Part shown: piece by piece, positions 19,323 through 29,606 of the stretch
Layout: the number at the start of each line of letters is the position of its first letter
How positions within the stretch are numbered: the stretch's first letter is position 1
NCBI GenBank assembly: GCA_963652495.1
Contig: CAVJTU010000005.1
Coordinates: 1,982-65,981, forward strand
Direction: 5' to 3'
Length of the DNA: 64,000 nucleotides
DNA from: an uncultured Oscillospiraceae bacterium
Lineage (GTDB): Bacteria; Bacillota; Clostridia; Lachnospirales; Lachnospiraceae
The notes under the pieces: generated by a model
The model's input: the letters and a program-made list of their open reading frames with translations, nothing else
What the model was told of the DNA's origin: nothing
Database searches by the model: none
Program-made: the position numbers and the translations under genes

Positions 19323-21482
19323 ATGGAATATTGTTTTGATTCGATATTTGTAAAGAACGGAAAAATATTTGCAATCGGCTGGGCCGTAGCATCTGTCGAG
19401 GAAAATGAAGTGGAGATCACGGTGACGGATGAGAAAAAGGCACCTGTGGAGGCAGCGGTCACGTGGGCTGCCAGACCAGATGTCGGTCTGGCTAAGTATA
19501 ACGATCCAAAGGCCGGACAGGTAGGAATTTTCTTAGAAATTCCGTCACACGGACAGCACCCGGTTACAGTTCATTTTAAGGAAAAGGATGTCACAGGCAG
19601 TATTATTGCCGAGCAAAGTCTTTTGTTAAACCCGGCACTGATTGCGACAAGACGCTTCTTAAAGGAGAGCAAGGCGCAGTATGTGAGAACAAAGAAAAAT
19701 CTGGTCTGGCTGAAGAAGAAGCTTACGAAGAACGAGTATGCGGATTACGATACATGGCTTCGCATCATGCGTGTCAGCAGACAGGAACTTTTTGAACAGA
19801 AAAAGACGAAGTTTTCGTATGCACCGAAGTTTTCCATCGTTGTGCCGCTGTACCACACGCCGGGCAAGTTTTTAAAGGAACTGGTGCGCTCCGTGTTGTA
19901 CCAAAGTTATGCAAACTGGGAACTTTGTCTGGTAAATGCATCACCGGAGGATGAAAAGCTTACATGTTTGTTAGAGAACTGGCGAGTGCGCGATAAGCGA
20001 ATACGTGTTATCACGCTGGAGGGCAATCTGGGAATCGCCGGAAATACGAATGCAGGCATTCAGGCAGCCACAGGTGAGTTTGTTTCGTTTTTGGATCATG
20101 ACGATTTTCTGGAGCCGGATGCATTGTTTTGTTATGTGCAGGCATTAAATAACGACAACTCACTTGATGTCTTTTATAGCGATGAGGACAAGACGGATGA
20201 ATATGGTGCACATTATTTTTATCCGCACTTTAAGTCTGATTTTAATATTGATCTGCTTCATGCAAATAATTACATGTGCCATTTCCTTGCGGTGCGAAAG
20301 AAGCTTGTGGATGCACTTGGCGGTCTGCGTGAGGAATTTGACGGCGCACAGGATTATGATTTCGTTCTGCGCTTGATTGAGCGGACAAGAAAAATTTATC
20401 ACTGTCCGCGCATTCTGTATCACTGGAGATGTTCCGACCAGTCCACAGCAGCCAGCCAGAGCAATAAGACTTATGCGATCAAGGCCGGCAAATCTGCATT
20501 AAATGCTCACTATAAGCGTCTTGGCTGGAATGCCCGTGCGCAGGAGGGAGCAGTGGATGGCTGGTATCAGACGAAATTTACACTTACGAGTGAGCCGCTT
20601 GTCTCTATTTTAATTCCCAATAAGGATCACGCAGATGATCTGGATATTTGCCTGCGTTCCTTTTTTGATCGTGCAGAGTATAGCAATTATGAATTTATCA
20701 TCATTGAGAATAACAGTGTACAGCCAGAGACGTTTGCATATTATGAAAGAATCGAGAAAGAGCATGATAACGTAACGGTTGTATACTGGGAGGAAGGATT
20801 TAACTACTCTGCAATCAACAACTTTGGTTTCAAGTTTGCAAAGGGCGAGTATATCATGCTGTTAAACAACGATATCGAGCTGATCACGCCGGATATTTTC
20901 CAGAGTATGCTGGGATACTGTATGCGTCCGGAGGTTGGCATTGTCGGAGCGAAGCTTCTCTACAATGACCATACCGTTCAGCATGCCGGTGTTCTGGTTG
21001 GTGCCGGAGGACTGGCAGACCATGTCTTTAAGGGATTCCACGAGGATGATCCGGGTTACATGGGAAGAGCAATCTCTTCGCAGGATGTATCGGCAGTAAC
21101 GGCGGCATGTCTGCTGGTGAAGCGTTCCGTTTATGAGGAAGTAGGCGGACTTGAAGAGGAATTTCAGGTTGCCTTTAATGATGTGGATTTTTGTCTGAAG
21201 GTTCGCAAGGCCGGTTATCTGGTTGTGTACGATGCAGACGTGAAGCTGTTCCATTACGAATCGAAGTCCAGAGGCATAGAGGATACGACTGAACGTTTTA
21301 TCCGTTTCGGAAATGAAATGGTGCTTTTAAATTCAAAGTGGGACATTTTGTCTACTTTTATTGATCCGTACTACAATCCGAATTTGTCTTATTTGGAGTA
21401 TTACAAGGAAAACCATACGGCAAAGGAAATCCGCAAGGCCAAACTGATTGCGTTGGGTGAGTATTCTGCAAATAAAAAGTAA
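19323..21482 (+). CDS. Dual-domain GT2 glycosyltransferase (paralog of the preceding gene)
   Basis: Same architecture and many identical motifs. Confidence 0.92.
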   Translation: MEYCFDSIFVKNGKIFAIGWAVASVEENEVEITVTDEKKAPVEAAVTWAARPDVGLAKYNDPKAGQVGIFLEIPSHGQHPVTVHFKEKDVTGSIIAEQSLLLNPALIATRRFLKESKAQYVRTKKNLVWLKKKLTKNEYADYDTWLRIMRVSRQELFEQKKTKFSYAPKFSIVVPLYHTPGKFLKELVRSVLYQSYANWELCLVNASPEDEKLTCLLENWRVRDKRIRVITLEGNLGIAGNTNAGIQAATGEFVSFLDHDDFLEPDALFCYVQALNNDNSLDVFYSDEDKTDEYGAHYFYPHFKSDFNIDLLHANNYMCHFLAVRKKLVDALGGLREEFDGAQDYDFVLRLIERTRKIYHCPRILYHWRCSDQSTAASQSNKTYAIKAGKSALNAHYKRLGWNARAQEGAVDGWYQTKFTLTSEPLVSILIPNKDHADDLDICLRSFFDRAEYSNYEFIIIENNSVQPETFAYYERIEKEHDNVTVVYWEEGFNYSAINNFGFKFAKGEYIMLLNNDIELITPDIFQSMLGYCMRPEVGIVGAKLLYNDHTVQHAGVLVGAGGLADHVFKGFHEDDPGYMGRAISSQDVSAVTAACLLVKRSVYEEVGGLEEEFQVAFNDVDFCLKVRKAGYLVVYDADVKLFHYESKSRGIEDTTERFIRFGNEMVLLNSKWDILSTFIDPYYNPNLSYLEYYKENHTAKEIRKAKLIALGEYSANKK

Positions 21483-21506
21483 GTACAAAGATACGTACAG
21501 AAGGGC

Positions 21507-22499
21507 ATGGGTAGTAAAATGGAAAAAAAGGTGACGATCGTTATTCCAAATTATAATGGAAAACGTTTTCTGGATGACTGTCTTTCTTCGCTGGAGCGTC
21601 AGACCAGTAAGGATTTTGAGACACTTGTTATCGACAATGCATCACAGGATGACAGCGTTCCTTACATGAGAGAGCATTATCCGTGGGTGAAGATTGCAGT
21701 GATGAAGCATAATCTTGGATTTTCCGGCGGTGTCAACGCAGGTATCCGCATGTGTACAACGCCATATGTGCTGTTATTAAACAATGATACGCGTTCCTTC
21801 CCCAAGATGGTGGAGGAGCTGATCAAAACGATGGAATCCTCAGAGGACATCTTCTCTGTCAGTTGTAAGATGATTCAGTTTCATGATCATGAGAAGATGG
21901 ACGATGCCGGTGATTTATATACCTGTCTTGGTTGGGCATTTCAGCGAGGTGTCGGGCAGCCGGTTGGTGAATATCGGCAGCCTGCGGAGGTATTTTCCGC
22001 CTGTGCAGGTGCAGCGATGTACCGCAGAGAACTGTTTTCTAAGGTTGGATTGTTTGATGAGCTTCATTTCGCATATTTAGAGGATCTGGATCTTGGTTAT
22101 CGTGCAAAGATTAGAGGATATCGCAACGTTTACTGTCCGACCGCAAAGGTATATCATGTGGGAAGCGGAACAAGCGGCTCTAAGTATAACAGCTTTAAGG
22201 TAAAGCTGTCTGCGCGCAATTCAGTATATGTCAACTATAAGAATATGCCTCTGCCGCAGCTGATTTTAAATGCACTGCCGTTGGCCGCAGGTTATTTTGT
22301 GAAATGGTGCTTCTTTAAGAAAATTGGCTTTGGAAAGGATTATGTTGACGGCTTAAAAGAGGGCATTGCAACCAGAAAAAAGTGTAAAAAAGTATTTTTC
22401 AGAGGAAGAGACATTCCAAACTATTGGCAGATTCAGAAGGAATTGTGGGCGAATACGTTTACTTATATCTGGGAACTGGCAAAGAGAAAGCTATTATAA
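21507..22499 (+). CDS. GT2 glycosyltransferase
   Basis: IVIPNYNG, LLNND, FAYLEDLD. Confidence 0.92.
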   Translation: MGSKMEKKVTIVIPNYNGKRFLDDCLSSLERQTSKDFETLVIDNASQDDSVPYMREHYPWVKIAVMKHNLGFSGGVNAGIRMCTTPYVLLLNNDTRSFPKMVEELIKTMESSEDIFSVSCKMIQFHDHEKMDDAGDLYTCLGWAFQRGVGQPVGEYRQPAEVFSACAGAAMYRRELFSKVGLFDELHFAYLEDLDLGYRAKIRGYRNVYCPTAKVYHVGSGTSGSKYNSFKVKLSARNSVYVNYKNMPLPQLILNALPLAAGYFVKWCFFKKIGFGKDYVDGLKEGIATRKKCKKVFFRGRDIPNYWQIQKELWANTFTYIWELAKRKLL

Positions 22500-22613
22500 T
22501 CGAATAGTTACGTTTTTCTTACAATTTCAAAATACAGGGAATTTGGGGTTGTACTTTTGGCAATTTTCAAGTATGATATGTACTGCTTAAAAACAGTTCC
22601 TGAAAGGGCTTTT

Positions 22614-24029
22614 ATGAATACAGGAAAACAACAAACTTATACGGCAATCAGCATTGTGATTGATGCAATTGTGTTGGCCGTATCTTATGTGATCAGTTAT
22701 CTGATCCAGTTCGCGCTCCAGAATAATTTTGCACCGTTTGACAGCCGCAATTACTGGTCGCCGCTTGTGATCATCATTATATGCTACATTGTGCTGTATG
22801 CGTGTTTCCATCTATATGGATCTTTTCGTATGACAGGAAGACGAAAGGAAGCCGTGCAGATTGCAAAGGTAAATATTATCGGAGCATTGGTTTTATTTGC
22901 GGCATTTTTTGTTATCTCCAATACAGACGGTTACAGTTGGATTGTAGGCTTCTCACGAATGATGATTTTTTGGATGACTATTTTTAATACGATTTTTATG
23001 GTCATTTGGAGAAATATCTTTCGTGTCATTTTGATGAAATTGGGCAACAGCCGTTTTAATCGGAAACCAGTGCTGATTGTTGGCTTTAGCCAGGCGGCAG
23101 AGGCTTATATTGAGCGTGTTCTGACACATAAGCAGTGGGGGTATGAGATCCTTGGTATTTTGGATGATCATCTGAAGGTCGATGAGTCTGTGCGTGGTAT
23201 TCCTGTGCTTGGACCAATCGGGTATCTGGAAGAGTATCTTTCCAAGAATATAGCAGAAAGCATTATTATTACGCTGAAGCTGAAGGAATATGACCGCTTG
23301 GAGGAGATTGTTCATATCTGTGAGAAGTCCGGTGTTCATACTGAATTTGTGCCGGATTACAATGATATCATTTCAACGAAGCCGTATACGGTTGACTTTC
23401 TTGGACTTCCGCTCATCCACATCCGTCATGTGCCGCTTATGGAAGCAGGAAATGCATTTATCAAGCGAGTGATGGATATTATTGGATCGATTGTCTGTAT
23501 TGTGCTGTTCTCACCAGTCATGTTGGCAGCTGCTATTGCGGTTAAGGCAACTTCACCGGGGCCGCTGATTTTTAAGCAGGAGCGTGTTGGTCTTCATAAC
23601 CGGACGTTCAAAATGTATAAGTTTCGCTCCATGACGATGCAGAAGGCTTCGGAGGAAGTGAGCAAATGGACCACAAAGAACGATGTCCGTGTGACACCGG
23701 TTGGTCGTTTTATCCGAAAGACAAGTATCGATGAGCTTCCGCAGCTCTTTAATGTCTTGAAGGGGGATATGAGTCTGATCGGTCCAAGACCGGAGCGACC
23801 GTTTTTTGTAGAGAAATTTAAGGAAGAAATTCCCCGTTATATGATCAAGCACCAGGTACGTCCTGGCATGACCGGATGGGCGCAGGTAAATGGTCTGCGC
23901 GGGGATACTTCAATCAGAAAGCGTATTGATCTGGATCTCTTCTATATAGAGAACTGGAGTGTCAGCTTTGACATCCGAATTTTGTTTTTGACTATATTCA
24001 AGGGATTTGTAAATAAAAACGCATATTAA
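22614..24029 (+). CDS. Undecaprenyl-phosphate glucose phosphotransferase (WcaJ-like initiating transferase)
   Basis: [47 protein letters not shown]. Confidence 0.93.
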   Translation: MNTGKQQTYTAISIVIDAIVLAVSYVISYLIQFALQNNFAPFDSRNYWSPLVIIIICYIVLYACFHLYGSFRMTGRRKEAVQIAKVNIIGALVLFAAFFVISNTDGYSWIVGFSRMMIFWMTIFNTIFMVIWRNIFRVILMKLGNSRFNRKPVLIVGFSQAAEAYIERVLTHKQWGYEILGILDDHLKVDESVRGIPVLGPIGYLEEYLSKNIAESIIITLKLKEYDRLEEIVHICEKSGVHTEFVPDYNDIISTKPYTVDFLGLPLIHIRHVPLMEAGNAFIKRVMDIIGSIVCIVLFSPVMLAAAIAVKATSPGPLIFKQERVGLHNRTFKMYKFRSMTMQKASEEVSKWTTKNDVRVTPVGRFIRKTSIDELPQLFNVLKGDMSLIGPRPERPFFVEKFKEEIPRYMIKHQVRPGMTGWAQVNGLRGDTSIRKRIDLDLFYIENWSVSFDIRILFLTIFKGFVNKNAY

Positions 24030-24051
24030 ATAGGAAAGGCATGATAAGAAA

Positions 24052-25365
24052 ATGGCTGAAAAACGTTCCTCGATGAAAAAGAAACAAGAGCAGCAGCGCA
24101 AGAAGGCTGCAAAGGCGAGAAGAGTCAGACGAACACTCTTAGTAATTACCGAGTTTTTGCTTGTTTGCGCGCTTTCTATCTGTTGTTATGCCGTCAGCAT
24201 TCTCAATACAATGCAGCGCTCGACAATCAATCAGGATGAAATTTACATTGCAACGTTTGCCAATAATGAGAATAACGGTCAGAATGAGGAGACACAGGCA
24301 GCCGCCCCAGATGATTCAAAGAGTGAAGAGAAAGAGCAGACAAAGGAAAACGAAGCAGAGGTTTCGGGTGAGCAGATCACAGAGTCAAGCTCGGCAGTCA
24401 AGCCCAATGGTGCAATCAACGTAAGCGAGGTTACACAGGCTACGACGGCAGATGATATTTTAAGTCATCAGGAAACCGTAAATGGTTATTGGAACATCCT
24501 GCTTGTCGGTGTAGATGCCAGAGATCAGGCAAATCTTGGCGGTGGAGAAGGAAATCAGTCAGATGTCATGATGATCTGCAGCATTAATGTAAAGACAAAG
24601 GAAGTAAAACTGGTATCAGTCTACCGTGATACGCTGTTAAAGATGTATTCAAGAGATGCGTTTGATCTTGCCAATGCAGAGTACGCAAAGAGCAGTGATA
24701 CCAATATGATCAGTATGATCAATATGAATCTGGATCTTCAGATTCAGGATATGGTTGTTGTCAACTGGGCAGCATTGATTCGTGTCATTGATGCGATTGG
24801 TGGTATTTATCTGGATGTCACTCAGGAAGAGATCGATAAAGGATATATTACCGGTTACATTACTGAGATAGAAGAGGCAACCGGTATCTGGCAGCCGCAG
24901 ATCACTCAGGGAGGTTATCAGCTGTGTAATGGAGTATATGCCGTTGCATATTGCCGCAACCGCTATTCAACCGGTATGGACATGGGGCGTACTAGCCGTC
25001 AAAGAGAAGTCATTGAGAAGATGCTCGAACAGGCAAAGCAGGCTTCGCCATCTGCACTGTTGACAGCAGTGCGTTATGCGTGTCCAAATATCAACACGAC
25101 GTTGACAAACGAAGAATTGTTTGCATTGGCAGCTGATGTAAACAGCTATACCATCGTTGATACAGATGGTTTCCCATACACATACGATCTGACACTTGGA
25201 ACCACTGGCGTATTTGGAGTGAAAGATTCACTGGTTTGCACGGATCTGGTAGGCGATGTAAAGAAGCTTCACACTTATCTGTTTGGTGATGACGGATATG
25301 AGCCGTCTCAGACGGTAAAGGACATCAGCTATACAATTCAGAGTGCATTTGGTCTTATCCAGTAA
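24052..25365 (+). CDS. LCP-family cell-wall polymer ligase
   Basis: TM anchor, ILLVGVD, SDVMMI, SVYRD, R..RQREV. Confidence 0.92.
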   Translation: MAEKRSSMKKKQEQQRKKAAKARRVRRTLLVITEFLLVCALSICCYAVSILNTMQRSTINQDEIYIATFANNENNGQNEETQAAAPDDSKSEEKEQTKENEAEVSGEQITESSSAVKPNGAINVSEVTQATTADDILSHQETVNGYWNILLVGVDARDQANLGGGEGNQSDVMMICSINVKTKEVKLVSVYRDTLLKMYSRDAFDLANAEYAKSSDTNMISMINMNLDLQIQDMVVVNWAALIRVIDAIGGIYLDVTQEEIDKGYITGYITEIEEATGIWQPQITQGGYQLCNGVYAVAYCRNRYSTGMDMGRTSRQREVIEKMLEQAKQASPSALLTAVRYACPNINTTLTNEELFALAADVNSYTIVDTDGFPYTYDLTLGTTGVFGVKDSLVCTDLVGDVKKLHTYLFGDDGYEPSQTVKDISYTIQSAFGLIQ

Positions 25366-25375
25366 CAGAGTCAGG

Positions 25376-25419
25376 ATCCTGCATATCACAGCAAAAGTGG
25401 TGTGCAGGATTTTTTTTTT
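25376..25419 (+). terminator. Intrinsic terminator
   Basis: atcctgcatatcac/gtggtgtgcaggat followed by a long T run. Confidence 0.85.
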
Positions 25420-25582
25420 GTTTTTCACAAATGATTGAAAAAATGTACACAGTTTAAACACAGATGATTGATAGTATATAGACGTAATAAAGAAAGAGAG
25501 CCACAGCGAAAGCAAACAGATCAAAGCGAATGATTCCGATCCGGGTGCTTTCCATAAAGGCTGAAAATATAGGAGGTCTATT

Positions 25583-27004
25583 ATGATGTACCCAGAAAGC
25601 AATTTTAATTATGATAATGACAATAAAGGCAACAGAAAGCAGAGAAGACAGAATAAGCAAAGAAGAAGCCTTCACAAGGCAGCAGCCATTTTAGCAGGCG
25701 TTGCAGTGATCGGAGGAAGCTTCTGGGGAGGTTCTGTACTGACACAGAATACAACAAATACTACTGTTGAGGCTGCCTCTGTAATGAATCTGTCAAAGGA
25801 TGAGACTACACCGGATATTGTAGCATCTTCCCTTAGCGATTATTCTGAGTTAGCAGCAAAATGTCTGCCGCAGGTTGTTTCTGTAACAAATGTCATTGAG
25901 GTGACAAGCACTTCAAGCAGTGGCAACGATATGTTTAACTTTTTCTATGGCAGTCGTGGACAGAGCCAGGGACAGACTTCCACACAGGAGACCGAAGCAT
26001 ATGGTTCCGGTGTTATCATTGGAAAGACGGATGACGAGCTGTTGATCGTAACCAACAACCATGTTGCTGTTTATGATAAGTCTGGCAATACCATGTACTA
26101 TAGTTACACTGCTTCTACCACAGGAAGAAAGGTTACTTTTGTTGATGGAACTGAAGTAGATGCAAACTTAAAGGGTGCCGATGCAGATGCCGACATCGCA
26201 GTTCTGGCGATAAAGCTGTCTGATATCCCGGAGGATACTTTAAATGCCATCTCAGTTGCTACAATCGCTAATTCGGATGATGTAAAGGTAGGTCAGGGCG
26301 TTATGGCAATCGGAAATGCACTTGGTCTTGGTCAGACTACCACGTTTGGTCATGTCAGTGCATTAAATAAGGATGTCACCACATCAGATGATAATGTGAC
26401 CAGAAGCATGATGCAGATTGATGCAGCCATCAACGAAGGCAACAGCGGCGGCGGACTGTTCGATGCAAATGGCAATCTGATCGGAATCAACTCCGCAAAG
26501 AGTTCCGGCGAAGGCGTTGAGGGTATGGGTTATGCAATCCCGATTTCTTCCGTAGAGGATCTGATCAATAACATGATGAACCAGAAGACAAAGGTTCAGG
26601 TTGACGAGGATCAGAGAGGTTATCTTGGTATCCAGGGTGTTGATGTACCGAGTGAGTATGTTGAGAAGTTTGGTATGCCGGAAGGCGCTATGGTAACAAA
26701 AATTACTGCTGGCAGCCCGGCAGAGACAGCAGGTCTTCAGGTGAGTGATATCATTACCGCAGTTGACGGACAAAAGGTATCCAGCTATGATGCACTGAGA
26801 ACGGCACTTTCTTATTATGCATCTGGCGAGAGCGTAACCATTACCGTTCAGAGACCGAGTGGCAACCAGTATACCGAGACTGAGCTTACTGTGACATTGA
26901 CGGATCGCGCTTCCATTACAGACACCACTGAGGCTGATTCTAGTGATGAGACGGAGTCCGAAGAGGAAGCAGAGCAGCAGATTCAGATGCAGAAGGCACA
27001 GTAA
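25583..27004 (+). CDS. htrA: HtrA/S1C serine protease with PDZ domain
   Basis: GSGVI, TNNHV, DIAVL, INEGNSGG, YLGI-PDZ. Confidence 0.92.
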   Translation: MMYPESNFNYDNDNKGNRKQRRQNKQRRSLHKAAAILAGVAVIGGSFWGGSVLTQNTTNTTVEAASVMNLSKDETTPDIVASSLSDYSELAAKCLPQVVSVTNVIEVTSTSSSGNDMFNFFYGSRGQSQGQTSTQETEAYGSGVIIGKTDDELLIVTNNHVAVYDKSGNTMYYSYTASTTGRKVTFVDGTEVDANLKGADADADIAVLAIKLSDIPEDTLNAISVATIANSDDVKVGQGVMAIGNALGLGQTTTFGHVSALNKDVTTSDDNVTRSMMQIDAAINEGNSGGGLFDANGNLIGINSAKSSGEGVEGMGYAIPISSVEDLINNMMNQKTKVQVDEDQRGYLGIQGVDVPSEYVEKFGMPEGAMVTKITAGSPAETAGLQVSDIITAVDGQKVSSYDALRTALSYYASGESVTITVQRPSGNQYTETELTVTLTDRASITDTTEADSSDETESEEEAEQQIQMQKAQ

Positions 27005-27080
27005 TTTTGCAATAGTTTAAGAAGGTTTGATTGGCTTTACCCGGAAGGTTGTGTTGTCCGGAAGGGTTAATACATATTGG

Positions 27081-27119
27081 AAAAGGCACATCAGCTTAGA
27101 AGGCTGGTGTGCCTTTTTT
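27081..27119 (+). terminator. Intrinsic terminator
   Basis: aaaaggcacatcagc/gctggtgtgcctttt followed by a T run. Confidence 0.85.
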
Positions 27120-27226
27120 GTATGTGTCCCGGAAGTTCTATGAAGGTGGACTTCGGCAAGGTTATGATGCATCAGAAGTCCGAATACTACATAAAAATAG
27201 GTAAGGCCATAGAAAAAGAGTCTGGT

Positions 27227-27910
27227 ATGCATTGGTTGCAGGAAAGTAAATTAAAAAAGAATAAATACGTAGTTATGTTGCTATTGACTGCTGTAATATT
27301 TTCCTTTTATGTATTGGCGAAGGGGGAAAATGAATCCATTGTCTGGCAAAAGGATGAAAAAAAGGTCGCAATCACATTTGATGATGGGCCAGATGCAAAA
27401 ACAACTGCTTTACTGCTTGACGGACTGAAAGCGAGAGGCGTGCGCGCCTCCTTTTTTGTAATCGGTGAGAAGGCAGAGCAAAATCCTAAATTGATTCTTC
27501 GCATGAAGAAAGAAGGTCATTTGATAGGAAATCACACGTACAGTCATGTTCAGTTAAATGCGCTAAGCATCAATCAGGCATGTTCGCAGGTAAAGGCTGC
27601 AAATGATGTTATTGAGGGAATTACTGGGCAGGAGGTTATCTATTTAAGGCCGCCATATGGAGAGTGGAATCATAAAAAAGACTGCCCACAGGATATGATT
27701 GTCGTTTACTGGGATGTGGATCCGCTTGACTGGAAACGCACCGATACCGGGCAGATTGCAGCAGATATTTTGCGTCAGGTGAAGCCGGGGGATATTATTT
27801 TATTACACGATATTTATGAGACCAGTGTGCAGGCGGCCTTTCTTGTAATTGATGAATTGTATCGTCAGGGCTACGAGTTTGTTACCGTAGATGAATTGAT
27901 GTTTGTGTGA
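27227..27910 (+). CDS. Polysaccharide deacetylase (CE4)
   Basis: TFDDGP, GNHTYSH, RPPYG, DPLDW, ILLHD; N-terminal TM. Confidence 0.93.
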   Translation: MHWLQESKLKKNKYVVMLLLTAVIFSFYVLAKGENESIVWQKDEKKVAITFDDGPDAKTTALLLDGLKARGVRASFFVIGEKAEQNPKLILRMKKEGHLIGNHTYSHVQLNALSINQACSQVKAANDVIEGITGQEVIYLRPPYGEWNHKKDCPQDMIVVYWDVDPLDWKRTDTGQIAADILRQVKPGDIILLHDIYETSVQAAFLVIDELYRQGYEFVTVDELMFV

Positions 27911-27966
27911 TGGGGGAATTATGCTAAGATATTATGGTTTGCAAGATAAAATCATAACGTAGATTA

Positions 27967-28093
27967 GCGGTGAGATGAGTTGCTTTTACGAGGCGGAACG
28001 TGTGGGAGCGGGCTTACGCAGTATCTAAGACAAAAAGGTGTGTAAAAGGTGCCGCGGGAACAAGTGACGCCGACAAAACAATCGTCGAACCGC
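27967..28093 (+). repeat. Structured repeat family B (long rod hairpin)
   Basis: gcggt..gatga..ttgctttt-acga..gac-aaaacaa.tcgtc..accgc; colinear with 36283-36434. Confidence 0.65.
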
Positions 28094-28204
28094 CTTGTTG
28101 AACTATCGGGTTACACCAAAGGGATTGTCATTTCCATGAAAACGTGCTAAGATTGGAATGCCGGTTCCTAGACCCGGACAAAATGATTTGACAGGACAAC
28201 GCAT

Positions 28205-29530
28205 ATGGATTTATTTGATTATATGAGAGAAACGCAGCAAAAGGAGTCTCCTCTTGCCTCGCGTATGCGCCCAAAGACGCTCGACGAAGTGGTTGGACAA
28301 AAGCACATCATTGGAAAAAACAAGATGCTGTACCGCGCAATCAAGGCTGATAAGCTTAGTTCTGTTATCTTTTACGGCCCTCCGGGAACCGGAAAGACAA
28401 CGCTTGCGATGGTGATTGCCAACACGACCAGTTCGGAATTTACTCAGCTAAATGCAACAGTTGCCGGGAAAAAGGATATGGAAGATGTGGTAAAGCGTGC
28501 GAAGGATTTACAGGGCATGTATGGCCGCAGAACCATCCTTTTTATTGATGAGATTCACCGATTCAATAAAGGACAGCAGGATTATCTGCTTCCTTTTGTG
28601 GAAGACGGAACCATCATTTTGATCGGTGCGACGACTGAGAACCCATATTTTGAGGTTAATCCGGCTTTGATTTCCAGATCAATCATTTTTGAACTGCATA
28701 ATCTGGAAAAAGAGGATATAAGAGAGCTGATTGAGCGCGCCGTGCGTGATCCGGTGCGCGGTATGGGAAGCTATCATGCGGTATTAGAGGCAGATGCCGC
28801 TGAGTTTTTGAGCGACGCAGCAAATGGCGATGCGCGTGCGGCATTAAATGGAATCGAGCTGGCGGTGCTGACGACGGATCGCAGTGAGGACGGCTTGATT
28901 CATATCACACTTGAGACAGCACAGGAGTGCATCCAAAAGCGTGCAGTGCGCTACGATAAGAGTGGTGACAATCATTATGATACGATCAGCGCATTTATCA
29001 AGAGTATGCGCGGTTCGGATCCGGATGCTGCTGTCTATTATCTGGCGCGGATGCTGTATGCAGGTGAGGATATCAAATTTATCGCAAGGCGTATCATGAT
29101 CTGTGCGTCGGAGGATGTCGGGAATGCCGATCCGCAGGCACTTGTCGTGGCGGTGGCTGCATCACAGGCTGTTGAGCGTATCGGTATGCCGGAGGCGCAG
29201 ATTATTTTGTCTCATGCTGCTACTTACGTAGCGTGTGCGCCAAAGAGCAATGCAGCATGTGTGGCAATCTCAGAAGCGATGGATTACGTGCAAAATCATA
29301 AGACACCGCCGATCCCGGATCATTTAAAGGATGCGCATTATAAAAGTGCAGGCAAGCTCGGTCATGGAGACGGATACAAGTATGCACACAATTATCCAAA
29401 CCACTATGTCAAACAGCAATATTTGCCGGATACCGTGGAAAATGAGCATTTTTATCATCCATCGGAGAATGGATATGAAAAGACTATTGTGCAGCACTTG
29501 ACAAGAATCCGTAAAGAGGCAGAGGAATAA
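28205..29530 (+). CDS. rarA: Replication-associated recombination protein A (RarA/MgsA)
   Basis: PLASRMRP, GPPGTGKT, FIDEIHRFNK, GATTENP, SAFIKSMRGSD. Confidence 0.96.
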   Translation: MDLFDYMRETQQKESPLASRMRPKTLDEVVGQKHIIGKNKMLYRAIKADKLSSVIFYGPPGTGKTTLAMVIANTTSSEFTQLNATVAGKKDMEDVVKRAKDLQGMYGRRTILFIDEIHRFNKGQQDYLLPFVEDGTIILIGATTENPYFEVNPALISRSIIFELHNLEKEDIRELIERAVRDPVRGMGSYHAVLEADAAEFLSDAANGDARAALNGIELAVLTTDRSEDGLIHITLETAQECIQKRAVRYDKSGDNHYDTISAFIKSMRGSDPDAAVYYLARMLYAGEDIKFIARRIMICASEDVGNADPQALVVAVAASQAVERIGMPEAQIILSHAATYVACAPKSNAACVAISEAMDYVQNHKTPPIPDHLKDAHYKSAGKLGHGDGYKYAHNYPNHYVKQQYLPDTVENEHFYHPSENGYEKTIVQHLTRIRKEAEE

Positions 29531-29606
29531 GGCAGGAAAGTATCGGTAGAAAGACCGATTGTGACAGTGAGGACGGATAGACAAAAGTAGGATACAGGAG
29601 AAGAAT

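Noticed and set aside
27165..27200. Sporulation sigma-E promoter for the deacetylase
   Set aside because: Only a weak CATA-like -10; not distinguishable from chance
27967..28093. 6S RNA
   Set aside because: Too short, and homologous to dispersed copies inside operons
28058..28115. LexA box upstream of rarA
   Set aside because: GAAC half-sites lack a matching GTTC at 4-nt spacing
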